Shown piece after piece: positions 1 through 22,719 of a DNA stretch of 64,000 bases. The notes beneath the pieces were generated by a model. The model saw nothing but the letters and a program-made list of their open reading frames with translations. It searched no databases and had not been told where the DNA came from. A program made the position numbers and the translations under genes. This DNA is from the human T2T-CHM13v2.0 reference genome, Homo sapiens: NCBI RefSeq assembly GCF_009914755.1, contig NC_060946.1. One strand, given 5' to 3'. How positions within the stretch are numbered: the stretch's first letter is position 1; every line of letters begins with the position of its first letter.

Positions 1-157
1 GGTCATGGAGAGCTATCTGGGCCACACCAAGAAGTTTGGTGCCTGTAGGGCATCATTTCTCAAAGTGTGGTCTCCAAATCCTCTCAAGAAGTCCAAGAGG
101 TCAAAATCATTTTTGTAACAATGCTAACATAAGATTTGCTCTTTTTATTTTGTTGAC

Positions 158-750
<593 letters not shown>

Positions 751-916
751 ACCCACAAAATAACATGGTCAGAGGGATACACTAGTTGACTTCTTGGCCT
801 AAACTTCCTACCTAGACATTTCAAGATTCTTTGACAGTCTCTGTTTTAGGCATCAAATGTGCACACTGTAGACGTGCAAAAAGCTTTCTGTTGTTTCAAA
901 TGAAATTGAGTTTTGG

Positions 917-1221
917 GTGGGCTCGGTGGCTCACATGCCAGCACTTTGGGAGGCCAAGGCAGGTAGATCCCTTGAGGTCAGGGTTCGAGACCAGCCTGGC
1001 CAATATGGCAAAACCCTGTCTCCATTAAAAATACAAAAATTAGCCGCATGTGGCGGTGGATGCCTGTAATCCCAGCTACTTGGGAGGCTGAGGCATAAGA
1101 ATCACTTGAGCCTGGGAGGCAGAAGTTGCAGTCAGCTGAGATTATGCCTCTGAGATTGTGCCACTGCACTCCAGTCTGGGTGATAGAGTGAGACTCCGTC
1201 TCAAAAAAAAAAAAAAAAAAA
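917..1221 (+). mobile_element. Alu (S-type)
   Basis: Alu consensus, polyA. Confidence 0.95.
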
Positions 1222-1608
1222 GTTTGTTTTATCTAAGAAGAATATCCTCAATGAAACAGTAAAATTATCATTTTTATTAAGTCTTCACCCTTCAGCACGA
1301 CTTTCTATTATTCTGTGTGATGGAATGGGAAGTATGTATAAAACAATTCTTTTGCATACCAAAGTACTGTGGTTATCTCTAGGAAAGGCACTTGTGTAAT
1401 TGTTTGAGTTGCAGGTGAAACTAGCCATTCTTTATGGAATGCCATATTTTAGTTGAAAGAACAACTGCCAAAGAAAAAAATTATGACTCTTCGGATTTTA
1501 GTATTTGGCAGATATTTTCTTAAAAATGAATGCAGCGATGTTTATAGCAGCACAATTTGCAATTGCAAAAATGTGGAACCAGACAAATGCCCACCAATCA
1601 ATGAGTGA

Positions 1609-2252
<644 letters not shown>

Positions 2253-2953
2253 GGAGACTATTATTCTAAGTGAGGTAACTCAGGAATGGAAAATCAAACA
2301 TCGTATATTCTCACTCATAAGTGGGAGCTAAGCTATGAGGATGCAAAGGCATAAGAATGATACAATGGACTTTGAAGACTCGGAGGGTAAGGGTGGGAAG
2401 GGGGTGAAGAATAAAAGACTACAAATTGGATTTAGTGTATACTGTTTGGGTGATGGGTGCACCAAAATCTCACAAATCACCACTAAAGAACTTATTCATG
2501 TAACAGATACACCTGTTCCCTCCAAAACCTATGGAAATAAAAAATGTTTTTAAAAAAAAGTTATTTGAGAAAGATTAAAAAACTCCTAACTACTGAAAAA
2601 CAAAATGAATGCAGTGAGATGGTCACTTCAAGGAAAGCAACTGACAGTATTTGTTGTCAATGATAACACTTGAGCTTTTGAGCAAAAACTTAAATGTCGG
2701 AAATTTTACACCATGGCTTTGACAGCGTCCCAGTACTAAAATAATTTTCTGATAAAATCAGTGGTAATATCACTGGTAACATTAACTAATGAGATTTTTC
2801 AACTAATGAGATTTCTCAACATTCAACAGTGTAATGAAATATATCACTGTTTGGAAGCTGTGCTTAAGTTAGTGAATCAATATCTTCCACAGGATCAATG
2901 CTTGATACTGTCAAATCATACATGGATGAAATATCTATTAAAAATGCAAGATA

Positions 2954-3326
<373 letters not shown>

Positions 3327-3569
3327 TTACGAAACTATCACTTGAGCTATCACAAGTTGAGTTTTGGTGTAGTATTAAAGAAGACAATTATCTGAAAGGC
3401 CATAAAAATAGCCCTCATTTTCCCCCAAGTACATATTTATGTGAGGGCCAATCTTCTCATAAACTTCAACCAAAACAATAAATTGCAACAGATTGACTGC
3501 AGAAGCAAAGATGAGAATTGAGATGTTTTCTATTTAAGCCAAACAACAAAAAGACTTGCAAAGCTGTAA

Positions 3570-3974
<405 letters not shown>

Positions 3975-3977
3975 TAA

Positions 3978-4385
<408 letters not shown>

Positions 4386-4607
4386 CTTCATTAACTTTTA
4401 TAACTGTAAAGGGGTCCTGAGACCAAAAAGTTTGAAAACCATTGCTAAAATGAGCTACAACGAAAGAAAAGTCAGCGTCAGATTTGAACAAGAGGGGAGA
4501 TTTTATACTAGAAAGATCCTTCTAAAGGCAGTGTGGAAGCAAGGCCAGAGTGGAACCAGGTTGCGCGCAGGTGCCCCAGTCAGGGAGTGAGACATAAGAA
4601 TGGAAGG

Positions 4608-4910
4608 GGACTGGATGCAGTGGCTCATGCCTATAATCCCAACACTTCGGGAGGACAAGGAAGGAGGATTGCTTGAGCTCAGAGAAGTTCAAGAGCAGGC
4701 TGGGCATCATGGCAAAATCTCATCTCTACAAAAATTACAAAAGTTAGCCTGACATGGTGGCATACGCCTGTAGTCCAAGCTAATTGGGAGGCTGAGCTGG
4801 GAGGATCGCTTAAGCCTGGGAGGTCAAGGCTGCAGTGAGCCAAAATCACGCCACTGTACTCCAGCCTGGGTGATAGAGCAAGATCCTGTCTCCAGAAGAA
4901 AAAAAAAAAA
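4608..4910 (+). mobile_element. AluJ
   Basis: ggaggattgcttgag and aggctgcagtgag J diagnostics. Confidence 0.93.
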
Positions 4911-5069
4911 GGCAATGGGATTGGGAATAGGAGAGGAGAGTATTTTTGCAAGGAACATTCTATAAGTAGAAATGACAGGACATGTTGGCTATCTGCCCAC
5001 ACTCACCCACCCATTGCTCCTCCCCATAGCAGTATCACTTTCATCTAAATTCCTTATAGTCTTGGCTGT

Positions 5070-6070
<1,001 letters not shown>

Positions 6071-6249
6071 ATTTGACATTTACATACGTTTTTGTTTGAA
6101 AAAAGTTGAATACCACTAATCTTTGGACAAGACGATGGGAGCCTGACATAATCCCTGATGGCACCTGATACAATAGTTAACATGTACTGCCTTAGGTGTT
6201 TTTTAAGGTATTCTCTTATTCTTTCTCTTTCTAGCAACCTAGGACGCAG

Positions 6250-6680
<431 letters not shown>

Positions 6681-6869
6681 TAGTCCACATTCTTAAACAC
6701 TCTGCCATGATACTTGGATCTGGAAGTACTCTAAACATCTAGTATAAAGGGGTTGGACCGTGATCTCTAAGATGCTTCCAGTTCTATGGGTCTGTGAGCT
6801 TGAGATTCTACTACTTAGAATATTCATTGATTATTGACTTAATTAGTTAGCTAATTCATTTCTTCAACA

Positions 6870-7085
6870 CATATTTATTAGCTATTCACTACATGCTAGG
6901 TTCTGTGCTAGGCACTTCCCATATATTTTCTTTAATCCTGAGAAGTAGGAATTATGATGCTTATCTTACAGATGAGGAATCTGAGGCTTATAGAACTTAA
7001 GAATTTATCCAGGGTCCAGTTATTAGCAGGAACAAGATTCGAGTCCCTGTCTCAGGTCTGCTTTTTTCCAAAACTCAAGCTCCTT
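6870..7085 (+). mobile_element. MIR
   Basis: ttacagatgaggaatctgaggct core. Confidence 0.75.
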
Positions 7086-7627
7086 CCCTGACCCTCGCCT
7101 GCTTCTCTTCCAGCTTGCGGGGAGCTTTTGGGGCCCTACGTGCGTGAAGTTCCAATGAACCCACGGAGAGGCCTGTAGGGGCAGGGGACAGGGGGTGCCT
7201 CTTCACCTCTGAGGCAGGATTTCAGAGTCTGAGAGCACCAGTTTGGTCCAGAAACCCTGGCTGGGACGTTAGTAAAGGGGCAAGAATTCACAAACCCTCA
7301 CGAGGTGTCACTTTTTGTCCTGATCCTCTCCTTTCCCTCCAGCCTGCTGTGGCCAGCGTCAACCACTGCGACATATAACATGCCACATCACCAGACAGGC
7401 CAGGCTGGGATCCCAGATAATTTGACAGCAGGGGATTTTCACCATCGGACTGCTTTCCAGTCAGGCAGCACTGAGGCTAATTAAAGCTCCCTCTGGGGCA
7501 TCAGGGAGAAGGGAGGAGACAGGCACGACCAAATCTAAAGACATACTCGTCCGGGAATCAAGCGAGGGAGGCGGAGGTAGAAGCCTGGCTCGGAGGAGCT
7601 CACAGCGGGTCCTGCAGGCAGAACGCG

Positions 7628-7637
7628 GTCACGTGAC
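7628..7637. promoter_or_regulatory. Palindromic E-box GTCACGTGAC (USF / MiT-TFE CLEAR-type site)
   Basis: Exact 10-bp palindrome inside the CpG island. Confidence 0.6.
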
Positions 7638-7804
7638 TGATGTCCCTCCGGCTGGCAGCTAGCAATACCCCGGATTGCAAACTCTCGAGGTCTCCGCCCA
7701 TTTCATGGCAGGAAATCAGCGTTTTCCAAGAACGCCCAGTGGCGCGGGCACGGGCCTGAGTCCCGCCGCCCACTGCTCTCGAGAGGCCGGAGCAGCAGCT
7801 CCGT

Positions 7805-7821
7805 GGCGCCCCCTGGAGGCC
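7805..7821 (-). promoter_or_regulatory. CTCF-like motif
   Basis: Reverse complement GGCCTCCAGGGGGCGCC closely matches the CTCF core CCASYAGRKGGCRS. Confidence 0.7.
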
Positions 7822-8038
7822 GCCCCTGCTGGCGCCGTCCCCCGGGTGTCAATAGGCCATGGCGCGCCTCCCTCTCGGTTGAGAGCTGTGGGAGCCCAGG
7901 ACGTGCCTATTAAAGGTATCTTTTGAAGTGAGAGGGACAAGAAAACGCCTTCTCTTTATGTGACTCTCTGTTCCCCAGCAAAGTTGCCAGGGTCCCCAAC
8001 AATCGTAGTTTCTCCTTCACGGGAGGTTCCCCTGACGT

Positions 8039-8052
8039 CCTCTAGAGGGCGC
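8039..8052 (+). promoter_or_regulatory. CTCF-like motif
   Basis: CCTCTAGAGGGCGC closely matches the CTCF core. Confidence 0.65.
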
Positions 8053-8259
8053 GCGCGCACGGCCAGGGCGATTTCGGGGTCCGCAGCCCACGTGCTGCGC
8101 GGTCTCTTCTCCAGGCCACCCCGCTTGTCTAGCTATGCGCTGGGGGCAGGGAAAGATCTCCCTGTAAGATCTCCCTTACATGTGGACATCTGAGAGCTGA
8201 GATCTCGATGACCCCGGAAGACCCTTACACCCGGAGTGGAGCGGAAGCAGGATGAGAGA

Positions 8260-8455
8260 ATATTGACTGAGCCCTGCCAGCCACTGTTCTAAGCACTTTT
8301 TCCCTGTTCCTGCCGATTTGCTCCTCACAACAACCATAGGAAGTGGAGACTATGATTATCCCCGTTGCACAGTAAGGAAACTGAGGCAAAAGGCGGTTAG
8401 GTAACTTGGCGATGTCTCCCGGCTAGGGATAGCAGAATGGGATAGAAACGCAGGC
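8260..8455 (+). mobile_element. MIR
   Basis: tcctcacaacaacc...aaggaaactgaggc core. Confidence 0.75.
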
Positions 8456-8460
8456 CACGC

Positions 8461-8758
8461 GGTCTGGAGCGGTGGCTCACGCCTTTAATCCCAGTACTTA
8501 GGGAGGCCGAGGCGGGCGGGTTACCTGGGGTCAGGAGTTCGAGACCAGCCTGGCCAACATGGTGAAACCCTATCTCTACTAAAAATACAAAAATTAGTCG
8601 GGGTGGGCACCTGTAATCCCAGCTACTCGAGGCTGAGGCAAAAGAATCGCTTGAACCCAGGAGGCAGAGGTGGCAGTGAGCCGAGATCACCCCACTGCAC
8701 TTCAGCCTGGGTGGCAGAACAAGACTCTGTCTCAAAAAAAAAAAAAAGAATAAAAAAA
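8461..8758 (+). mobile_element. Alu (S-type)
   Basis: TSD agaaa(c/g)gcaggccac at 8444-8458 and 8759-8773. Confidence 0.95.
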
Positions 8759-8903
8759 AGAAAGGCAGGCCACCCGGTGGTGGTCCCTGTGCTCCTCCCC
8801 ACCCACCCCCGCACTGTGCTGGGCGGTGAGGAGGCGGCTGGCCCAGGAGGTGGGGGTGTGGAGTGGGGCACATCAGAGATTTCAAATTGACCAAGGTCTG
8901 TTT

Positions 8904-9543
8904 TGTGTCAGTTTGTCAGTTTTATGTGTCAGCTTGGCTAAACTATGGTCTCCTGTTATTTGATCAAACACTAATCTATTTTTTCTTTTAGTTTAAAAAA
9001 TAATAATTAAATGAAAAAATCCTGGCTAATGTTTTTTTTTTTGTAGAGACAGGGTTTTGCCTTGTTGCCCAGGCTGGCCTCTGACCCTTGGGCTCAAGTG
9101 ATCTGCCACCATGCCTAGCCTCAAACACTAATCTAGATGTTGCTTGAAGGCATTTTGTAGATGTGATTTGTCTATAATTAGTTTACTTCAAGTAAGGGAG
9201 ATTATCCCAGATAATCTGGGTGAGTCTGAAAGACTTTATGGGTAGAACTGAGGTGCCCTTGAAGAGGAAGAAATTCTGCCAGCCAATAGCAATTTCAGCT
9301 TGTGCTGAAGAGTTCCAGCCTTCCTAACAACCAGCCCTACAAATTTCGGACTTGCCTAGCCAGCCCTGTGTGTATAAACCAATTCCTTGCAATAATCACA
9401 CCTACACCCTCACCCCACCCCCCTCCCCAAATACATGTATATATGGAGAGAGAGGGAGAGAGAATATAAAATCATACATATATCATATATCTCCTATTTG
9501 TTCTGTGTCTTTAATTTCTCTAGTTGACCCCTGACTGATGCAA
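8904..9543 (+). mobile_element. MLT2D-like ERVL solo LTR containing an Alu monomer
   Basis: ttttatgtgtcagcttggcta start, ccctgactgatgca end; Alu monomer 8979-9120 with TSD tcaaacactaatcta. Confidence 0.82.
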
Positions 9544-9722
9544 TGACCCAAGAGCAGGCAGATGCCCGGGGGGCGTTTATGATACCTCTCCTAGGACTTG
9601 GCTCAATCTGAGTCCCTCAACGGCCATCTGCAACCCTGAGGAGGGTAGGAAAATCCCAAATTGACTGAGATTACATTTCCATCATCAACAGCAATGGAGA
9701 ATCAATAAAGAAATTTAGTTCA

Positions 9723-10057
<335 letters not shown>

Positions 10058-10182
10058 CTATCAAGTTTATGTGCTAAGATTCATACCTCATTTTAACAGC
10101 CTACATCTACTTCTGCGTGGACCAGAAGGACAGAGCCACAATAACACTGACCAAACCATAGTAATAGCACAATCGTTGCTAC

Positions 10183-10764
<582 letters not shown>

Positions 10765-11494
10765 TTACAGTAAGAGAATAGCAGATGGCAGGTATTGTGC
10801 TTTACTTGTATTAAGTAACTTAATCCTCACAGTAGCCTCGTGAAGGAGGGATGGCTATTAGCTCATTTACAAAAGAGGAACTGAGGCCTGGAAAGGTGAA
10901 ATGATTGCCCCAGTGTTCCACGGCTGGTCAGTGGGTGTCAGAATTTAAGACCTGGGCTGTCTGCTTCCAAAGCTGTGCTATCCAGCTTTAATGACTGTGC
11001 TATACTGGTCTCTAGCAAAATTATTGAAAATTTCCCTCTCAGACCCACCATTTACCTTTATTGCTCCCAGAGACCCTCACATGTGCTCCTTAGCTACCAA
11101 AAACAGACTTCTTCTTTCTCCTGGCATTTGTCCCATGTCCTTTGGTCAGTCCAGAACTCACTAGGAGGCTCCCAGACGCTGTGTCCGTGTTTCTCCTCCA
11201 GACCGACGATGCTGCCTGTGTCACTGCCTCAGGGCCATGTCACTGCTGCTGCCCCACTGGACTCCCACGGTCCTAGCCACCAGCCACTCCCCTCCTTCTT
11301 CCTGGCTAGCAAGGTTTACTGACTACCATAGAGGCGGAAAATGCCAGATGCTCGGTTTCCCAGGTTCCCTTTACAGTTACAGGTGACCATGTGACCGTGT
11401 TCTGGTCAATGACATATAAGGAGAGTCTTCTGAGAAAGATTTTCTCTCCTGGCCAGAATAGAGAGAGAGGGTGAGGTAGATGGAAAGAGCGGGA

Positions 11495-11773
11495 AGCTGG
11501 GCGCAGTGGTTCACACCTGTAATCCCAACACTTTGGGAGGCCAAGGCAGGTGGATCACCTGAGGTCAGGAGTTCGAGACCAGCCTGGCCACATGATGAAA
11601 CCTTGTCTCTACTAAAAATACAAAAATTAGCTGGGTGTGGTGGTGTGGGCCTGTAATCCCAGCTATTTGGGAGGCTGAGGCACGTGAATCACTTGAACCC
11701 AGGAGGCGGAGATTGCAGTGTGCTGATCATGCCACTGCACTCCAGCCTGGGCAACAGAGTGAGACTCCGCCTC

Positions 11774-11824
<51 letters not shown>
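11495..11824 (+). mobile_element. Alu (S-type) with (AC)n tail at 11777-11824
   Basis: Alu consensus followed by ~24 AC units. Confidence 0.95.
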
Positions 11825-11828
<4 letters not shown>

Positions 11829-11957
11829 CAGTGGGAGAGAGAGTAAGAGTGAGGGAGGGAGCAAGAAAGCTAGAGTGAGGAAAGTTAACTTTTCTTGTTG
11901 TTCTGACTACTCCTTTTCTTCCTGGCTTTGGAGACAATTGTATAAGAATGTAATGGC

Positions 11958-12574
<617 letters not shown>

Positions 12575-12839
12575 AAGAATGTGATGGCTGGAACTGTGGC
12601 AGCCATACTGCAACTATGAGGTGACAAGTCTGAAGATGAAAGGTATCATACTCTGCATGGCAGAATGAAAGGATGGAAGAACATGGGTTCTTCATGATTA
12701 GTAGAGCAGCTAAGGCTTAGCAATGGAACTGCCTACTTCCAGCTTTCTTGTTAAATGAGGTAACTATTTTTATTGTTTAGACAGCTTAGCAATTTGACAG
12801 TCTGTTATTTGTAGCTGAAGGCATCTTTGTTTTATTATC

Positions 12840-13128
12840 ATTATTTTTTGAGACAGAGTCTCACTCTGTCACCCAGGTTGGAGTGCAGTGGCATGATGGC
12901 TCACTACAAGCTCCATCTCCTGGGTTTCAAACAATTCTGGTGCCTCAGCCTCCAACGTAGCGGGAATTACAGGCATGCGCCACCACACCCGGCTGATTTT
13001 TGTAATTTTAGTAGAGATGGGGTTTTGCCATGTTGGCCAGGCTGGTCTCAAACTCCTGGCCTCAAGTGATTCATCTGCCTTGGCCTCCCAAAGTGCTGGA
13101 ATTACAGATGTGAGTCACTATGCCGGCC
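12840..13128 (-). mobile_element. Alu
   Basis: Alu consensus. Confidence 0.95.
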
Positions 13129-13136
13129 GTTTAAAG

Positions 13137-13420
13137 TTTTTTTCTTTTTAGAGACAGGGTCTTGCTCTGTGGCCCAGGCATGAACATAGCTCAATTCAGT
13201 CTCAAACTCCTGGGCTCAAGTGATCCTCCTGCCTCAGTCTCCCAAGTAGCTAGGACTACCTATGCACACCACCCAGCTGACTAATTTTTATTTTTTTATT
13301 TTTGTACAGATGGGGGTCTTGCTCTGTTGCTCAGGCTGGTCTGAAACTCCTGGCCTGAAGCAATCCTGCCTTTACCTCCCAAAGTGTGGGGATTACAGGC
13401 GTGGAGCCACCATGCCCAGT
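13137..13420 (-). mobile_element. AluJ
   Basis: ctgggctcaagtgatcctcc J diagnostics. Confidence 0.92.
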
Positions 13421-13682
13421 CATGAAAGCATTTTTGCCTGATACCCTGCCACACTGGAGCTGGAAAAAACACCTCCTCCCAAAGAAGTTTAAAACTTTAT
13501 TGGCCATGAAAAGAGCTGAGGCCCTATAGAAGAGTGGAAAAGTATGAGTTTGTGTTCCAGTCTTACCCTCCACAACTTAATAGCCACCTGCCTTTGAACA
13601 AGAGCTTAACTTCTCTGAGCCTCCGTTTACTCATCTGACCACTGCCTGGCACATTGGCCTACATGTATAATAGGGATAATAA

Positions 13683-14024
<342 letters not shown>

Positions 14025-14102
14025 TAAAAGCTTCTAGCAAGCCTCCTACACCATCCCAATCAATCTCTGTGCTTTTTTTAAAAAAAAAAAAAAAAAAAAG
14101 GA

Positions 14103-14405
14103 GGCCAGGTGCAGTGGCTCACACCTGTAATCCCAGCATTTTGGGAGGCTGAAGTGGACAGATCACTTGACCCCCGGAGTTTGAGACCAGCCTGGGCAAC
14201 ATGGTGAAACCCTGTCTCTACAACAAAAATACAAAAATTAGCCGGGTGTGGTGGTGCACACCTGTGGTCCCAGCTACTAGGGAGGCTGAGGTGGGTGGAT
14301 CACCTGAGCCTGGGGAGGTCAAGGCTCCAGTGAGCTGTGATCGCGTCACCGTGCTCCAGCCTGGATGACAGAGTGAGATTCTGTTTAAGAAAAAAAAAAA
14401 AAAAA
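14103..14405 (+). mobile_element. AluJ
   Basis: Alu consensus, J-type right arm. Confidence 0.92.
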
Positions 14406-14441
14406 GTGGGGGGGTGGGGAAGAAAAATAAAGAAAACAAGA

Positions 14442-14740
<299 letters not shown>

Positions 14741-14928
14741 TTAAGAAAATCAGAAGCCCTGCTGTCTGTCTGTACCCAAGCCCTTCCACCAAGAGAGCTA
14801 GTCTAGGTGTGAGATCTCACACTGTCTTTGTAGCCATCTAAAAACAATAATAATAACAAACTGGACAGTATACAATAATAAATAGATAAAAAAGGGCAGA
14901 GGAGTTGAATATCCAAAGAAGATAAACA

Positions 14929-15261
14929 GGCCAGGCACAATGGCTCTTGCCTGTAATTCTAGTACTTTGGGAGTCCGAGGCAGGTGGATCACTTGAGGTC
15001 AGGTGTTCAAGACCAGCCTGGCCAACATGGTGAGACCCCATCTCTACTAAAAATACAAAAACTAGCTGGGCGTGGTGACATGTACCTGTAGTCCCAGCTA
15101 CTTGGGAGGCTGAGGCAGGAGAATCATTTGAAACCCAGGAGGTGGAGGTTGCAGTGAGCCAAGATCACGCCATTGCACTCCAGCCTGAGCGACAGAGCAA
15201 GACTCTGTCTCAAAAAACAAAGAAACAAACAAAGGAACAAAAAACAACAGAAAAACAAAAA
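14929..15261 (+). mobile_element. Alu (S-type)
   Basis: TSD aaagaaga(t/c)aaaca. Confidence 0.95.
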
Positions 15262-15496
15262 CAAAGAAGACAAACAAATGGCCAATAAGCATATGAAAAG
15301 ATGCTCAATATACTTAGTCATTAAGGAAATGCAAATCAAAACCACAATGAGATATCACTTCCCATCCACTAGGATGGCTATAATCCAAAAACCAGAAAAT
15401 AACCAGTACTGGTGAGATGTGGAGAAGTTGAAACCCTTGCATATTACTGAATGGAATGATAAATGGGAGTTACTATGGAAAACAGTAACTGCTTTG

Positions 15497-16400
<904 letters not shown>

Positions 16401-16717
16401 GGAATGATGTACTGATACAGGCTACAATGTAGATGAATTCTGAAAACATGTTCAGTGAAAGAACTCAGACACAAAATGTCACTTATTAAATGATTCCCTT
16501 TATATGTAATATCCAGAATAGGTAAATCTATATAGAGAGAATGCAGATCAGTGGTTGTTAGGGACTAAGGAGAGGGGGGAACGGGGGAGTGACCGCTCAA
16601 TGGATATGGGGTCTATTTTGGGGGTGATGAAAACGTTTTGAAACCAGATAGATATTATGCTTGCATAAATAACATTGTGAATGAAAAAATACCACTGAAT
16701 AGCGCATTTTTTAAAAA

Positions 16718-17103
<386 letters not shown>

Positions 17104-17389
17104 TGAAATTTGTCTCAATAAAAATAGAAACATACATCATGAGAGGTCATTCATGTACATCCAGTCATATTGCTTTTTTTATCTGATTTAGTGTTGTCTT
17201 CATGTCAGTCACCCTCTCCCTAGGAACTTGGTACAAGATCCTGGGCCTGGGGCTAGGGTAGAAGGCAATTTGACAGCATTCCCCAGGGCTGCCTGCAGTT
17301 CCCCCCGCCCCTCCGATCCCCCAGCAAGTGAGGAAAACTGCCCCTCCAGGAAAGCTCTTCCACCTGGTACCTGCCGAGGAGAATTACAG

Positions 17390-18150
17390 CATTCATTAAT
17401 CAGGGCTCTTTGTGGCAAGGAACAGAAGTACCTACGGGCTGATTAAGCAGAAAAGGATGTTAGCTCACAGAATTTTGTTTCTTTTTTGAAACAGGGTCTC
17501 ACTCTGTCTTCCAGGCTGGAGTGCAAAGGTGTGAGCAGGGCCAAGCAATTCTCCCACCTCAGCCTCCCGAGAAGCTGGGACTAGAGGCGTGCACCATCAT
17601 ACCTGGCTAGTTTTTTTTTATTTTCAGTAGAGATGGGATCTTGCTGTGTTGCCCAGGCTGGTCTCAACCTCCCGGGCTCAAGTGATCCTCCTGCCTTGGC
17701 CTCCCAACGTGCTGAGATTACAAGGGTGAGCCATTGTGCCCAGCTCACAGAATTTTTGAGGGGCTGGAGGACCTGGTTGTAGGCAAAGCTTCCAGGATCA
17801 ATTCCCCCCAGATAGCCACAGAAACAGCTGTTAAGCAAGATCCCACCACTGCTGCGGGATAAGCAAAATGCTACCACTGCCGCTGCTCCTGTGAGACATT
17901 TCTGCACCCAGGATTTCACTCTAAAGCTGAGCATCCTGCCGCCACTCTCACCACACAGAGCCTCCTTCTTGAGTTCACACTTCCTTTTCCTCGTTTTGGT
18001 GGGACTTGCCTGCTTGGTGGGACTGGATCACATGTCAGTGCCCGAGCTTCAAGGAAGCCTGGGAAGCCAACATTTCTGGATTTCACCATGGGGAGATGGG
18101 GCCCACAGGGCCGGACATTTCTCAAATATAGGAAGGGGTTGAAAATGTGG
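17390..18150 (-). mobile_element. Old MLT1-type LTR remnant split by an AluJ (17474-17745)
   Basis: gcaaggaacagaa...ttaagcagaaaagg; ggatcacatg...caaggaagcctgggaa; Alu TSD agctcacagaattt. Confidence 0.6.
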
Positions 18151-18154
18151 TGGG

Positions 18155-18825
<671 letters not shown>

Positions 18826-19039
18826 GTGGGTGTACAGAAAATACATGATAGAGAGACAGCATTTATTATTCCTCACTTGTTGGAAGGACCCTACGCAACC
18901 CTAGCTCATTTGACAATGTCCCTCTCATTATATACCTTGGGCCTTTTGCATATAGAGACAGCCCTGGTTTTTGACTGTCCAGAACCTTTATATCTGCCCC
19001 TCCCCAAAACAGAGAGGCCTCATACATCTGTCAGTAATA

Positions 19040-19450
19040 AAGCCAACCCTCTCGTATTTACTGGGTAGATAAGTAACTGAGACTGAAACGCCACTGTATT
19101 CCATTTCCCTGACCACAGTGATTGATTCAGAGGGAAGCCTATGACAAAAACAGCGCCAGTCAGAATGTTCCCTGGCATTGATACAATGACTCGGGGGAAA
19201 GAGCAACTCTCTTTTGCCCTGGGGTTGTTAAACTGGAAGGAAGAAACTATTTGCAGTGGGAGAAAATTAGGTCAGCCTAGAGTGAAGCAGAGATGAGAGA
19301 TGGTGAGAAAGCCAGGAAAATATGGTTTCATCTTTTGGATCTAGCTAAGCCTGAAGTCATTACATCTCTCGTTTTTAATCACACGAGCCAATAAATTCCT
19401 TTGAAAGCTTCAGTGAGTTGGAGTTGGATTTCTCTCACAACCGAGTAATC
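19040..19450 (+). mobile_element. Old MLT1(K-like) LTR remnant
   Basis: tgaccacagtgattgattcag; gagccaataaattcc...gttggatttc. Confidence 0.6.
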
Positions 19451-19546
19451 GTGATCAACCACCCTCTCCCTAATGGGAAATTTACTATGGGCCACTTTTC
19501 TATCCATTGTCTCATTTGACAGTAGATTTGAAAGTTAGGAGGGAGA

Positions 19547-19852
<306 letters not shown>

Positions 19853-19886
19853 AAGTTAGGAGGGAGCATTAACAATAAAAGAACTA

Positions 19887-20237
<351 letters not shown>

Positions 20238-20860
20238 TTAATTGACTAGCCCAAGGGCATACAGCTAGTTGTGGTCTGGCTTGAATTTGAACACAGTTCT
20301 GCCTACCTTCAAATTTAGCACTCGTCCTAAAATTCTATAGTCAATTCTTATTTTCAGAAGTAATTTTTCTCCTCATAATTTTCCCTAATTCTTTGGTCCT
20401 CCAAGGCCTTTCAAGCCAGTTCCCAGCTCCTGATAATAGTGAATACCTGAAACAGCTAGCTTATTATTCTCCCGTGGGTGTTTTAATTTTCAAAATGTGG
20501 AAAGACCAAGGCATGAAGCTTTGAAGGAGAAATTTCATCCACTGGCTGTGGACATGAGGAACTTGGAGTTCCTGGGATCTCAACCCCAGTACCTACACTT
20601 ATGGGAAACCATCACCCTCTCGGGAAGGCTTCCCTTGTCTAGAAACTTTTTTTGAGGAAATCCAAGAATGTCTTAATAGTAGAGGATGCAGTATGAACAC
20701 GCCTTTGGAACTCTATCTGACTCACAGGATCCCACAATTTTAGTACAGCCTCTTCCAAGCTGAACCTCTCACCAAACCAGGTTAGGAATTGCGGGTTAGT
20801 TATTTGGAAGGAAAGGTGGTAGAGAAGGACCAGGGGAATTAATATTCATTGAACATATGA

Positions 20861-21030
20861 CAGCGATGGCAAATAGAGTTTCTCTGCATCATGCATTGAT
20901 AAGCACACAGAGTTAGCATCCATGCTCAATTGGTAATGTCTGCCCTTGGTGCAGGACAGCATCCAAGCTCACCTGGTAATGTCTGCCCTGGGTGCAGGAG
21001 GGGGCCTGGCAGGATGGTTGCCAGCTCTCC
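20861..21030 (+). mobile_element. Short hAT MITE remnant (MER117-like) with a 43-bp internal tandem duplication
   Basis: Termini cagcgatggcaaata / ttgccagctct; duplicated units at 20915-20957 and 20958-21000. Confidence 0.5.
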
Positions 21031-21209
21031 ATCTTCTCTGGCTATGAGCCAGGCACTTTACACCATTAACCCCAAGTTCTCACAATAACCTCTGAGGTGG
21101 GAGTTTCTTTTCTTATTTTCTGGAGGAGGAAACTGAGGTTTAAAGAGGATGTTACTTGCCCCTTGTAAAAGGTACTAGGTGGACAAGTCTTTAATTTAAA
21201 AATAAATAA

Positions 21210-21581
<372 letters not shown>

Positions 21582-21589
21582 TTTTTTAA

Positions 21590-22719
<1,130 letters not shown>

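Larger units (their letters stand above)
7540..8245. promoter_or_regulatory. CpG island / candidate promoter or insulator
   Basis: GC-rich non-Alu stretch with many retained CpGs (e.g. gcgcgcgcgc at ~8049-8058), unlike the CpG-depleted flanks. Confidence 0.8.

Noticed and set aside
7819-7834. Third CTCF motif (reverse complement CCAGCAGGGGCG)
   Set aside because: One G short of the core spacing; weak match.
7675-8193. ORFs within the CpG island
   Set aside because: Short, non-ATG starts, expected in GC-rich DNA, and no recognisable homology.
8395-8405. RFX-like gttaggtaac
   Set aside because: Explained by the MIR consensus gaggttaagtaacttg.
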